Assembly (NCBI GenBank): GCA_963733845.1
Contig: CAVTEM010000007.1
Location: 420,763 to 484,762, forward strand
Direction of reading: 5' to 3'
From: an uncultured Actinomycetes bacterium
GTDB taxonomy: Bacteria; Actinomycetota; Thermoleophilia; Gaiellales; Gaiellaceae
Length of the DNA: 64,000 nt
Shown here: positions 21,733 to 33,688 of the stretch, piece by piece
Layout: every line of letters begins with the position of its first letter
Position numbering within the stretch: position 1 is the first letter of the stretch
The notes under the pieces: generated by a model
What the model was told of the DNA's origin: nothing
Databases searched by the model: none
The model's input: only the letters and a program-made list of their open reading frames with translations
Translations under genes and position numbers: made by a program

Positions 21733-22778
21733 GTGACTCCCGTCCATCAACTCCTCCCTGCCGCCGCGCCCCACGACGCGATCACCGGGCAGGCCTTCGC
21801 CTGGCGTGACCTTCTGCGGGACCTGGGGATATGAGAGCGAGATCGTCGCCGAGCACGTGCATCCCGAGCTGATCGGGACCGTGCAGACCCTCGACCGGGC
21901 CGGCAAGCGCCTGGTCGACGCAGGCGCCGTGATCCTGCGGTACGCGCTCTGGAGCTCCACGGCGGAGGTGGCCCGCGCGCCGAGGACCGCGGGCGCTCTG
22001 CTACCACAACATCACGCCCGGAGACCTGCTCCGCCACTTCAACCCGTACATCGCCGAGCTCTGCGACCGCGGCCGGGCGGCCCTGGCCGGCTTTCGGGGC
22101 GAGCCGAGGTGCTGATCGCCGACTCCACCTTCAACGCTGCCGAGCTCCGCGACGCCGGGCTCGGTGACGCCACCGTGGTCCCGCTGCTGCTCGAGCGGCC
22201 GGCCGAGATCCCGCGCCGCGAGCCGAACCGGGAGCCGATCGTCGTCACCGTCGGGAGAATCGTTCCGAACAAGCGGCTCGACGAAGTGATCAAGTCGTTC
22301 GCGCTCTACCAGCGCAGGCACGCGCCCGACGCGTCGCTGGTGATCGTCGGGTCGGAGCTCGGCTTCGAGAACTACCGCGCCGCGCTCGACGTCCTCGTCG
22401 CGAGGATCGGCGTGCGCCGTGTGCACTTCACCGGCCCGATCTCGTCCGAAGCTCGCGACGCCTGGTATCGCCGCGCGGACGTGTACCTCTCGATGTCGGT
22501 GCACGAGGGCTTCTGCGCGCCGCTGATCGAGGCGCTCGCCCACGGGGTGCCGGTGGTGGCACGCGCCGCGGGCGCCGTGCCGGAGACGCTGGGCGGCGCC
22601 GGGCTCCTGCTCGACGGCGGCGATCTTGCCGCTCGTCTCGGAGGCGCTCGACGAGCTCGCCTCGTCGCCCTCGACTCGCGCTGCCCTCTACGAGGCCGCC
22701 GAGCGGCGGCTCGCCGACCTGCAACCGTCCGTCCTCGCGCCGCGCATCCGGTCGGCGCTCGCACCGCTGCTCGGGTAG
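21733..22778 (+). CDS. GT4-like glycosyltransferase (frame-disrupted as given)
   Basis: The GTG at 21733 opens VTPVHQLLPAAAPHDAITGQAFAWRDLLRDLGYESEIVAEHVHPEL. ORF 21806..22831 then reads LIADSTFNAAELRDAGL..VVTVGRIVPNKRLDEVIKSF..LVIVGS..VYLSMSVHEGFCAPLIEALAHGVPVVARAAGAVPETLGGAG. The tail LVSEALDELASSPSTRAALYEAAERRLADLQPSVLAPRIRSALAPLLG ends at the TAG at 22776-22778. Confidence 0.65.
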
Positions 22779-22784
22779 ACCGGC

Positions 22785-23927
22785 GTGACGCTTGCAGTCG
22801 GCATGAACGCCCTCCATCTCGTTCCAGGTGAGACCGGGGGGTCGGAGCTGTACGCGCGTCGGCTGATCGAGGCGCTCGCCGCGCCCGAGGAGTCTCCGCG
22901 CCTGGTCGTGTTCGCACCCAACGAGGCAGTGGACTCGCTCGCAGCGGAGCCATGGGCGGACCGCGTCGAGATCGTCCGCGTCCCCGTCCAGGCGCGCAAC
23001 CGCGCCAGGCGCGTGCTCGCCGAGCAGACGGCCCTGCGCGGCGCAATCACCAGGTCTCGCGTCGAGCTACTGCACAACCTGTTCACCACCGCGCCAGCGC
23101 TGCCGGGCGTGCCGCAGGTGACGACGATCCTCGACGTCATCTACAAGCGCTTCCCCGAGGCGCACGCAGGCCTGCTGAGCTACGGCATGCGACTGCTCGT
23201 GCCGCTCGCCGCACGGCGGTCGCGCCGGGTGCTCACGCTCTCGCAGGCGGCGAAGGACGACATCGTCCACTTCCTGCACGTGCCCGCCGACAAGGTCGAC
23301 GTCACCTACCTCGGCCCTGCCCTTCAGGCGAACGCGGCGGTGTCGGGCGACGACATCCGCCGCCGGCTCGCGCTCGGCGGAGCACCGATCGTGCTCACCG
23401 TTTCCGCGAAGAGGCCACACAAGAACCTCGAGCGGCTCTTCGAGGCTTTCAGCCAGGTTCGCACGGAGCCTGAGCCCGTGCTCGTCGTCCCCGGCTACCC
23501 GACCTTCCACGAGGCGGAGCTGCGAGCGCGCGCGGACGCCCTCGGAGTCGGCAGTCGGATCCGATTCATGGGCTGGATCGACGACGACGTGCTCGACGGG
23601 CTCTACCGTGCCGCGTCGTGCTTCGTCTTTCCCTCGCTCGCCGAGGGCTTCGGCCTGCCCGTCCTCGACGCGCTCGTTCGAGGCGCGCCGACCGCCTGCT
23701 CGAATGCCTCGTCCCTGCCCGAAGTCGGCGGTGACGCAGTCCTCTACTTCGATCCGACCGACACCGGGGCGATCACCCAGGCGATCACGAGGCTGCTGGA
23801 AGATGGCGCGTTGCGAGAACGCCTGCGTAGGGCCGGTCCGGAACAGGCCCGGGCATTCACGTGGGAGCGGACTGCACGGGCGACCCTGGAGAGCTACCGC
23901 CGATCCACAGCGGGAAGCGCTCGATAG
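22785..23927 (+). CDS. GT4 glycosyltransferase
   Basis: Intact 380-aa ORF. It reads VGMNALHLVPGETGGSELYARRLIEAL..VLTLSQAAKDDIV..IVLTVSAKRPHKNLERL..FVFPSLAEGFGLPVLDALVRGAPTACSNASSLPEVGG. Confidence 0.85.
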   Translation: MTLAVGMNALHLVPGETGGSELYARRLIEALAAPEESPRLVVFAPNEAVDSLAAEPWADRVEIVRVPVQARNRARRVLAEQTALRGAITRSRVELLHNLFTTAPALPGVPQVTTILDVIYKRFPEAHAGLLSYGMRLLVPLAARRSRRVLTLSQAAKDDIVHFLHVPADKVDVTYLGPALQANAAVSGDDIRRRLALGGAPIVLTVSAKRPHKNLERLFEAFSQVRTEPEPVLVVPGYPTFHEAELRARADALGVGSRIRFMGWIDDDVLDGLYRAASCFVFPSLAEGFGLPVLDALVRGAPTACSNASSLPEVGGDAVLYFDPTDTGAITQAITRLLEDGALRERLRRAGPEQARAFTWERTARATLESYRRSTAGSAR

Positions 23928-23936
23928 CCCCTGCGG

Positions 23937-25454
23937 TCAGCGAACTGCTGCCTCCGCCGGCGGTCTCCTGACGACTGCGAGTAGCTCCTCGAGCTCCTCC
24001 CTGCGAACGATCCGAAGCCAGGCGAGGAAGAGGAGGCTCCCGATCAGCAACGCGGCCGTTCCCTTCGCGAGGTTGTCGCCTCCACCCAGCACGAGTGCCG
24101 GCACGAGGAACGCCACGAGAGCAGGCACGACGACGGCACCGACGGCCTTGCCAGCCCCGCGGGCAACGCTGAGGGCATGCGCCCGCAGGGCGAGCACGAC
24201 GATCGCGCCACTCAGCGCGAACGCGGAGATCGTCCCGACCACGGCGATTCCGAAGAGGCCGACATCGAGCGCGACCACCGCGGCAGTCAGCGCCGCGTGC
24301 CCGGCGAGGACGAGCATCGTCCACTTCGCGAGCTGCACGAGCCGGCCTTCGGCCAGCACCACAAGCAGCGGGATCGCCATGAGCTGGGCGGCGAGCACCG
24401 CGGGCGAAAGCACGAGCAGCAGGGTGAAGATGTCGTCGATCTCCGCTTGCGAGAGCTTGGTCAGCAGCCACTCCGCCGGCTGCGGGCCGAGCAGGCAGAG
24501 CGCCGCCACGGCGGGCACGGCAAGCGTCGAAGCTGCACGAAACGCACGAAGCGTCAGGGCACCCGCGGCCGCTCGGTCACTCGCGAAGTCACGGGCGACC
24601 ACCGGCGCGAAGACGACGCTGATCGGGGACGACAAGGCCGCGTTCAGCAGCACCACGAGCATGACCGCGTACCAGTAGACGGAAGCGCGGCCCGCACCCA
24701 CAGTTCCGGCGAAGGCGACCGAGATCAGCGGTGCGATCTGCGTCGCGACGAACGCGACCCCGCCCAGCAGGATCCGCGTCGCCGACACCCGGGCACCGCC
24801 CGGCTCGGGCGCTTCGTGTCTTTCTACTCGCCTCGTGCGTCGACTCTCGCGTCGAAGCTCCAGGGCGATCAGGCCTGCACTCGTGGCCGCTCCAACCGCA
24901 ACAGCCGCGGGAATCCCGTGGATGCCCAGGGGAGGGGTCAAGGCGAGGAAGCCGGCGACCATCGCGACGGCACCGGTCGCAAAGGCGAGCGCGGGGACCC
25001 GGAAGTCGCTCCACGTCGCGAGCATGGCCGCGCCGAGACCGGCGAAGAGGTGCAGGCCGACCGCCGGCCAGAGCAGGAGGAGCGCTACCTGGAATGCGCG
25101 GAGGGCGTCGCCGCTTGCGACCAGCGGCGCGAGCCCGACGCCCACCGCGGCGAACAGGGCTCCGCTGCCCGCAAAGACGAGAGCGATCCCGCGCAACTCC
25201 GTGTGAAAGCGGGCCCCAGTGCCGTCGATCAGCCTCGGAACGGCCGTCATCCGCAGGCTCTGAGCGAGGATGACGAAGACTCCGTAGAGCGCGTTGGCGA
25301 CGAAGAATCCGTCCGTGCTCGCGGAAGCACCGAAGCGGCGCGCAATGAGAACGCCCATCAGCGCCGCTCCGAGCAGGACCGCGATCCCTCCCACCGCGGT
25401 CACGGCGGTGTCGGCCGCGCGGTTACGTGCGACGGCTACCGGCGCCTCGCTCAT
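23937..25454 (-). CDS. MurJ/MviN-like MOP-superfamily flippase (polysaccharide biosynthesis protein)
   Basis: The ATG at 25454 opens MSEAPVAVARNRAADTAVTAVGGIAVLLGAALMGVLIARRFGASASTDGFFVANALYGVFVILAQSLRMTAVPRL, a MurJ-like N-terminus. About 12-14 hydrophobic segments run through the roughly 505 aa. No frame break. Confidence 0.8.
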   Translation of the reverse strand: MSEAPVAVARNRAADTAVTAVGGIAVLLGAALMGVLIARRFGASASTDGFFVANALYGVFVILAQSLRMTAVPRLIDGTGARFHTELRGIALVFAGSGALFAAVGVGLAPLVASGDALRAFQVALLLLWPAVGLHLFAGLGAAMLATWSDFRVPALAFATGAVAMVAGFLALTPPLGIHGIPAAVAVGAATSAGLIALELRRESRRTRRVERHEAPEPGGARVSATRILLGGVAFVATQIAPLISVAFAGTVGAGRASVYWYAVMLVVLLNAALSSPISVVFAPVVARDFASDRAAAGALTLRAFRAASTLAVPAVAALCLLGPQPAEWLLTKLSQAEIDDIFTLLLVLSPAVLAAQLMAIPLLVVLAEGRLVQLAKWTMLVLAGHAALTAAVVALDVGLFGIAVVGTISAFALSGAIVVLALRAHALSVARGAGKAVGAVVVPALVAFLVPALVLGGGDNLAKGTAALLIGSLLFLAWLRIVRREELEELLAVVRRPPAEAAVR

Positions 25455-25480
25455 TGCGCCGCCTGGTGGCCCACCGGCTC

Positions 25481-27404
<1,924 letters not shown>

Positions 27405-27441
27405 GTGGGGAGGCATCGTAGTGAACGACTGTTCGGGCGGT

Positions 27442-28450
27442 ATCAGGAGCGCTCGGCCGCGGCCTCCCGCAGCCGGTAGGCGTGGCGGTGCAGCACGACG
27501 GAGCCCGCGACGACGAACGGGAAGACGTTGAGCGCGTGCAGGACGACCGTGGCGGAAAGCGCCGTGGAGTCGTCGACGCCGTAGGCGCGGAGCGCGATCG
27601 ACCCCGCCGGCCTCGAACACGCCGAGCCCTCCGGGCGCCGACGGGATGACGAGCGAGAGCGTGGTCGTGACGAGGATCAGCACGCCGGCCGAGTAACCGA
27701 GGCCGAGGTCGAAGGCCACGAGCACGAACCAGTTCGAGACCGCGAGGACGAGCCAGGACAGCACGCTCAGCACGAACGCGGGCACGCGCCAGAGCCGGCT
27801 GGTGGAGGGCGCCGAGCGCCGTAGACGAGCCGATCGGCGGCTCCATCGCGTGTGCTCTCGCGTGAGCCAGGGCAGCAGCGCGATCGGCGCGAAGACCACG
27901 CGGATCGGCCGGGCGCCGTAGCGGGCCACGACGACCGCTCCGACCGCGATGAAGAGCAGCAGGACGCCGGCGAGCGATCTCGGCCCGTCGGAGCCAGGTC
28001 ACCTCCGGGCAGGAACGGCGAGACCGCGATCACGAGCAGGAGCAGCGCGAGCACGTCGTAGAGCCGCTCGACGACCGCGGTACCGAGCGACTCGGCCCGC
28101 GACGTGCCCGCTTCCTGGTGCAGGACGACGATGCGCGCGGCCTCGCCCGCTCGGAGCGGCAGGATCGCGTTGAAGAGCTGGCCGACGAGCAGCGCCCGTG
28201 ACCAGCGCGGGCAGCGGAGGGCGCGTCGCAGGCTGGAAGAGCAGCTGCCAGCGCCAGGAGCGGATCACGACGGCGACGGCGATCCCCACCAGGGCGGGGA
28301 CGAGCCAGAGCCACTCGCAATCCTTGAGCGCGTCCCAGAAGAGCTCGAGATCGACGCCCCGCACGGCGAGCCAGAGAAAGAGCGCCGAGACGGCGACTCC
28401 GAGCGATGAGCAGACCTGCGCGGGAGAGCGCTCGCGGCACCGGCGAACCT
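27442..28450 (-). CDS. Flippase-like / LPG_synthase_TM-type membrane protein, copy 1 (frame-disrupted; start unresolved)
   Basis: LGVAVSALFLWLAVRGVDLELFWDALKDCEWLWLVPALVGIAVAVVIRSWRWQLLF is in ORF 27999..28538. ALLVGQLFNAILPLRAGEAARIVVLHQ..LYDVLALLLLVIAV is in ORF 27767..28054. LSWLVLAVSNWFVLVAFDLGLGYSAGVLILVTTTLSLVIPSAPGGLGVFEA lies in the ORF 26706..27929 frame. The tail ..VVLHRHAYRLREAAAERS ends at the TGA at 27442-27444. It has the same architecture as the intact copy at 61452..62414. Confidence 0.6.
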
Positions 28451-28473
28451 TATGTCCTGCAGAATCCGCCCTC

Positions 28474-29242
28474 GTGCAGCCCTCGGAGCTCCGCAGGACG
28501 ATCCTCGAGCAGGCCCACCGCGCGGGCGTCGGCCACATCGGCTCCGCGCTCTCCGTGGTCGAGATCCTCGCCGCCGTCTTCGGCGTGCTCCGCGGCTCGC
28601 CCGACGACCCCGACCGCGACCGCTTCGTGCTCTCGAAGGGGCACGCGGCCCTCGCGCTGTACGCCGCGCTGCACGCCTCCGGCCGCCTCTCCCGCGAGCA
28701 GCTCGAGAGCTACTGCGGCGACGCGACCCTCCTCGGCACCCATCCCGAGCACGAGCTGGACGGCGTCGACTTCTCGACCGGCTCGCTCGGGCACGGGCTC
28801 TCGATCGGCGCGGGCGCGGCGCTCGCGGCCCGGATGCAGGGCTCCGAGCGGCGCGTCTTCGTGCTGGTGAGCGACGCCGAGCTGAACGAGGGCTCGCTCT
28901 GGGAGGCGGCGATGTTCGCGGCGCACCATCGGCTCTCGCGCGCTCGTCGCCGTCGTGGACGCCAACGGCCAGCAGGCGCTCGGCCACACGAAGGACGTGC
29001 TCGACCTGGAGCCGATCGCCGACCGCTTCGCCGCCTTCGGCTGGGAGCCCGTCGAGGTCGACGGCCACGACGTCGACGCGCTGACGGCCGCATTGGAGTC
29101 GGTCGGCGAGCGCCCGCGGGCCGTGATCGCCCGGACGACGTTCGGGAAGGGCGTCTCGTACATGGAGGGCCTCGTGAAGTGGCACTACTGGCCGATGTCC
29201 GACGACGACTTCGCCGCGGCGCTCGCCGAGGTCTCCGCGTGA
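28474..29242 (+). CDS. Transketolase, N-terminal (ThDP-binding) subunit (one frame switch)
   Basis: The GTG at 28474 opens VQPSELRRTILEQAHRAGVGHIGSALSVVEILAAVF..DRFVLSKGHAALALYAAL..THPEHELDGVDFSTGSLGHGLSIGAGAALAARMQGSERRVFVLVSDAELNEGSLWEAAMFAAHHRL. There is a switch near 28945 into ORF 28955..29242: DANGQQALGHTKDVLDLEPIADRFAAFGWEPVEVDGHDVDAL. Confidence 0.8.
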
Positions 29243-30168
29243 GGAAGGCCTTCGCGGCGGCGCTCGTCGACCTGGCCGCGCGCGGACGAGCGGGTCGTGC
29301 TGCTGACCGGCGACCTCGGCTACACCGTGCTCGAGCCCTTCGCCGAGCGCTTCGGCGACCGGTTCGTCAACGTCGGCGTCGCCGAGCAGAACATGGTCGG
29401 GCTCGCGACCGGGCTCGCGGAGGCCGGCTACGTGCCGTTCTGCTACTCGATCGCGACCTTCGGGTCCCTGCGCCCGTACGAGTTCGTGCGCAACGGCCCG
29501 GCCGCGCACGGCCTGCCCGTGCGGATCGTCGGCGTCGGCGGCGGCTTCGACTACGGCGAGAACGGGCTCTCGCACTACGCGCTCGAGGACGTGGCCGTCA
29601 TGCGCGTCCAGCCGCGGATCACGGTGCTGGCGCCGGCCGACGACGAGCAGACCGCGGCGGCCGTCGCGGCCACTGCCGACCTCACCGGCCCCGCCTACCT
29701 CCGAGTCGCCAAGGCGGGTCCGCCCGTCCCGGGCCTGGAGGGGCGCTTCCAGCGTCGGCCGTGCCGAGCTGCTCGGCGAGGGGACCGACGTTGCGCTGGT
29801 CGCCCTGGGCGGCGCGGCCATGGAGGCGGTCCAGGCCGCCGAGCTGCTCCGGGCGGACGGCGTCGGCGCGACGGTCGCGGTCGTCTCGAGCTTCAACCCC
29901 TCGCCGGTCGAGGACCTCGTCGCGCTGCTCGGCCCGCGTCCCGCTCGCGGTCTCCGTGGAGGCGCACTACGTCGACGGCGGCCTGGGCTCGCTCGTCGCC
30001 GAGACGATCGCGGAGGCGGGGCTCGACTGCCGGCTCGTGCGCTGCGGCGTGCGGTCGATGCCGACGGGCGAGTCGGGCAGCCGCGAGTTCCTGCAGGAGA
30101 AGCACGGCCTCTCGCCGGCAGCGATCGCCCGCGCAGTGCTGCAGGCGGCCCCCCGGAGCGCGGTCTGA
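29238..30168 (+). CDS. Transketolase, C-terminal (Pyr/C-terminal domain) subunit (frame-disrupted as given)
   Basis: GTGA overlap with the previous stop. The gene reads (V)RKAFAAALVDLAAR, then ORF 29297..30838 gives LLTGDLGYTVLEPFAERFGDRFVNVGVAEQNMVGLATGLAEAGYVPFCYSIATF..RIVGVGGGFDYGENGLSHYALEDVAVMRVQP. MEAVQAAELLRADGVGATVAVVSSFNPSPVEDL follows in ORF 29820..30467, and then VSVEAHYVDGGLGSLVAETIAEAG..LQAAPRSAV, ending at 30168. Confidence 0.8.
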
Positions 30169-30838
30169 ACAGCGTCGTCCTGCCCATCCACAACCAGGCC
30201 GACCACCTGGAGGAGGTCATGGAGGGGTACCTGGCCGAGCTCGGGCGGCTGGACGTCCCGACCGAGATCGTGCTCGTGCCGAACGCGTGCCGCGACCGCT
30301 CCCCGAGATCTGCCGCTCGCTGGCCGAGCGCAACGAGGCCGTGCAGGTGGTCGAGCTCGCCGAGGGCGGCTGGGGCCGGGCCGTCCGCGCGGGTCTCGCC
30401 GCGGCGCGCGGCGACGTGCTCTGCTACACGAACTCGGCCCGCACCCAGCCGCCGATGCTCACGCTGATGCTCGTCTACGCGGCCGCGTATCCGGGCGTCG
30501 TGCTGAAGGCGAACCGCACGATCCGCGACAGCTTCCAGCGCCGGGTGGGCTCGCTGCTCTTCAACCTCGAGTGCCGCGCGCTCTTCGACCTGCCGACGAT
30601 GGACGTGAACGGGACGCCGAAGGTCTTCCCGCGGCAGTTCGCGAAGCTGCTCGAGCTCGACCGCGACGACGACCTGATCGACGTCGAGTTCATGCTCGCC
30701 TGCCGGCGCGAGGGCTACCCGCTGATCGAGGTGCCGATCCTCGCCACCGAGCGGCACGGGGCCGAGTCGACGACCAGCTACGGCTCGGCGGTGCGGCTGT
30801 ACACGGGCGCGTGGCGGATGAAGCGTGAGCAGCGATAG
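30165..30838 (+). CDS. GT2 glycosyltransferase (CTG start inferred; one frame switch)
   Basis: (L)NSVVLPIHNQADHLEEVMEGYLAELGRLDVPTEIVLVPNACRDRSP begins exactly at the CTG of a CTGA overlap with the transketolase stop. There is a switch near 30300 into the ORF 29297..30838 frame: EICRSLAERNEAVQVVELAEGGWGRAVRAGLAAARGDVLCYTNSAR..DVNGTPKVFPR..DVEFMLACRREGYPLIEVPI. No ATG or GTG in frame nearby upstream. Confidence 0.7.
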
Positions 30839-31894
30839 GTGGTCGACTCACGACGCCGAGTGGCGCGACCCGCGGCAGGTCGTGGCGCTCTGGGCCGGCG
30901 GCGAGCGCCCGAGCCTGCGCACCCGCGTGCGCGGGCGGCTTCTGGGAGGCGCTCGAGGGCGTCTGCCTGCTCGTCACGCGCGAGTACGAGCACCTCGTCG
31001 TGGCGCTGGCGGGCGGCGGCCAGACGCACATGGCGCTCCCGCACCCGTCCGGGCTGGCCGTCTCGGACGAGCGCGTGACGGTGGCGAGCACGCGCAACCC
31101 CAACCAGCTGGTCGAGCTGCGGCCGGCCGACGCCGAGGGGAGGCCGCTCGTCCCGGTGCGCACGGCGTTCCATCCCGGCGCGCTCTACCTGCACGAGCTC
31201 GCGTACGTCGGCGGCGTCCTGCACGGGAACGCCGTCGGCCAGAACGCGGTCGTCCGGCTCGACCGCGAGCGCGCCGAGCGCGTGTGGTGGCCGAAGGCGA
31301 TCGAGACGGACGCGGGGCCCGACTTCTCGCGCAACTACCTGCAGCTCAACTCGATCGCGGCCGGGTCGAGCGTGGCGTCGTCGTTCTTCTCCGCGTCGGC
31401 CGACCGGATGTCGGCGCGCCGGCCGGGCCACCGCAACTTCCCGGTCGACCGCCGCGGGGTGATCTTCTCCGGCCGCACGCGCGAGCCGGTCGTCTCGGGC
31501 CTCACGCGGCCGCACTCGGCCCGCCTCCACGAGGGCGAGCTCTGGGTCGACAACTCGGGCTACGGCGAGGTCGGCGTCGCCGACGCCGGCCGCTTCGAGG
31601 CCGTCGCCCGCCTGCCCGGCTGGACGCGCGGGCTCGCGTTCCACGGCGACGTCGCGCTGGTCGGCACGTCGCGCGTGATCCCGCGCTTCCGCATGTACGC
31701 GCCCGGGCTCGACCTCGAGCGCTCGGTCTGCGGGGTGCACGCGGTCGACACGCGCAGCGGCGAGGTGCTCGGCTCGCTCGTCTGGCCCGAGGGCAACCAG
31801 ATCTTCGCCGTCGAGGCCGTTCCGCTGAAGCCTGACGAGCGGGTTCCCGCGCGGCGACCTGCGCGAGCTGTACTACAACCTCCCCTTGCCATGA
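30825..31894 (+). CDS. TIGR03032/DUF4915-like conserved hypothetical protein (frame-disrupted near both ends)
   Basis: The GTG at 30825 opens (M)SSDRWSTHDAEWRDPRQVVALWAG. ORF 31000..33924 then reads LPHPSGLAVSDERVTVASTRNPNQLVEL..GLTRPHSARLHEGELWVDNSGYGEVGVADAGRFEAVARLPGWTRGLAFHGDVALVGTSRV..CGVHAVDTRSGEVLGSLVWPEG. The PHSxR..G.LW..SG.GE....G.FE.VA.LPG.TRGL.F.G..A.VG.S block matches my memory of the uncharacterised TIGR03032 family. The tail FPRGDLRELYYNLPLP ends with an ATGA overlap at 31891-31894. Confidence 0.65.
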
Positions 31895-32806
31895 GCGACT
31901 TCCGCCTCCTGATGATCGGCGCCATGTACGAGAACGGCGGCAACGTCACGCACCGCCTGCTCGACGGGCATCCGCAGCTGTTCGTCTACCCGTTCGAGTC
32001 GCAGCTCGGGACGCGGCTCGTCTCCGACGCGCTGGCCTCGACGTTCCCGGTCAAGTACCGCTGGCCGGTGTTCGACCTGGACGCGACGCCCCGAGCGGAC
32101 TACCACGCGATCATCGACGAGGAGTGCAAGGTGCGCGCGCGGACGCCGCACGTGAGCAAGTTCCGCGACCACCCGTTCGACTTCTCGGACGACGAGCGGC
32201 GCGACCTCTACGTCGCGCACGTCGAGGAGAGCGGCCGCTCGCGCGCGGCCAACATCGAGGCGTTCTTCCGCGCGACCTTCGAGGCGTGGCACGACCACCG
32301 CGGGAGCGGCCGCGAGGAGTGGTACGTCGGCTACAGCCCGATCCTCGTGGTCGACGCGGAGACGATCCTGCGCGAGCTGCCGGGCGCGCACTTCCTCCAC
32401 GTCGTCCGCAACCCCTGGTCGGCCTACGCGGACACGAAGAAGCGGCCCGTGCCGCTCTCGCTCGCCGCGCTACATGCTCGCCTGGTGCCTGAACCAGCAC
32501 TGCGCGCTGCTCGCGCGCGAGCGCTTCCCCGACCGCTTCCACCTCCTGCGCACCGAGGACACGCTCGAGGGCGCGCTGCCCGAGCTGTGCGGCCGGATCG
32601 GGCTCGAGGAGTCGGACTCGCTGGCGACGCCGAGCTGGAACGGCGAGCCGCTCGCCGAGGTGTACCCGTGGGGGACGATCCGGACGGCGACGCCCGAGGC
32701 GAACCGCGCCACCGCCGAGGAGCTCTCCGCGGAGGAGCGCGACGAGGTGCGCGTCCGGGCCGGCCTGTTCCTGGAGGCGCTGGGCTACGACGACTTCCTC
32801 GCCTGA
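31891..32806 (+). CDS. Sulfotransferase-family-like protein (one frame switch)
   Basis: MSDFRLLMIGAMYENGGNVTHRLLDGHPQLFVYPFESQLG..GAHFLHVVRNPWSAYADTKKRP carries an RNPxD/S-type 3'-PB-like block. There is a switch near 32470 into ORF 32474..32806: LAWCLNQHCALLARERFPDRFHLLRTEDTLEGALPELCGRIGLEE. The N-terminal P-loop-like element is atypical, so confidence is moderate. Confidence 0.55.
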
Positions 32807-33688
32807 CCCGTCCTCGTCACGGGCGCGGCCGGGTTCGTCGGCGCCAACCTCGTCCGGCGGCTGCTCGCCGACGGCGCTCGCGTCGTCGCGCTCGTCCGGC
32901 CGGGCGGCGACCCGTGGCGGCTCGAGGGGCTCGACGTGGACGTGGTCGAGGCGGACGTGCGCGAGAGTCGTCCCGGGCGGCTTCGGCCTCGTCTACCACC
33001 TCGCCTCCCACGGCGCCTACTCGTGGCAGGACGACGAGGCCGCCGATCCGCGAGACGAACGTGCTCGGCACCGAGAACGCGCTCCGCGCCGGCGAGCGGG
33101 TCGTCGTGGCGGGCTCGTCGTCCGAGTACGGGCTGAAGGACCACGCGCCCGCCGAGGACGAGGCCGCCGAGCCGAACAGCGCCTACGCGGCCGCGAAGGC
33201 GGCGGCGACGGCGCTCGCGATGGAGCAGGGCGCGGTCGTGCTGCGGCTCTACTCCGCGTACGGGCCGTGGGAGGAGCCGGACCGGCTCGTGCCGACGCTG
33301 CTCGGCAAGGCGCTCGCAGGCGAGCTGCCGCCGCTCGTGTCGCCGCGTGTCGCGCGGGACTTCGTCCACGTCGACGACGTCTGCGAGGCGTTCGTCACCG
33401 CTGCACGGTCCGCGCCGCGCCGGCCGCGTCTACAACGTGGGTTCCGGCCGCCAGACGACCATCGCCGAAATCGTCGAGGCCGTGCGAGCACTCGCCGGCG
33501 TCGAGGCCGAGCCGCAGTGGGGCTCGATGCCCGACCGCAGCTGGGACACCGAGACGTGGGTCTCGAACCCGGCGCGGATCCGCGCGGAGCTGGGCTGGGA
33601 GGCGCGGATCGGGCTGGACGACGGCCTCGCCCGGACGCTCGACTGGCTCAGGACGCAGGCCCCGCCGGAGCGCTACATGGTGTCCTAG
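32803..33688 (+). CDS. NAD-dependent epimerase/dehydratase/reductase (extended SDR; frame-disrupted; CTG start inferred)
   Basis: VLVTGAAGFVGANLVRRLLADGARVVALVRPGGDPWRLEGLDVDVVEADVR begins right after the sulfotransferase TGA, with a CTGA junction at 32803. The gene continues NVLGTENALRAGERVVVAGSSSEYG..NSAYAAAKAAATAL (YxxxK)..RLYSAYGPWEEPDRLVPTLL. ORF 33347..33688 then gives VYNVGSGRQTTIAEIVEAV..ELGWEARIGLDDGLARTLDWL. Confidence 0.7.

Noticed and set aside
28265-30757. 830-aa minus-strand ORF, the longest reading frame across the transketolase/GT2 region
   Set aside because: The translation is Arg/Ala/Pro/Gly-rich low-complexity sequence with no motifs. It lies antisense to clearly recognisable transketolase and GT2 sequence. 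This is the typical shadow ORF of a >70% GC genome.
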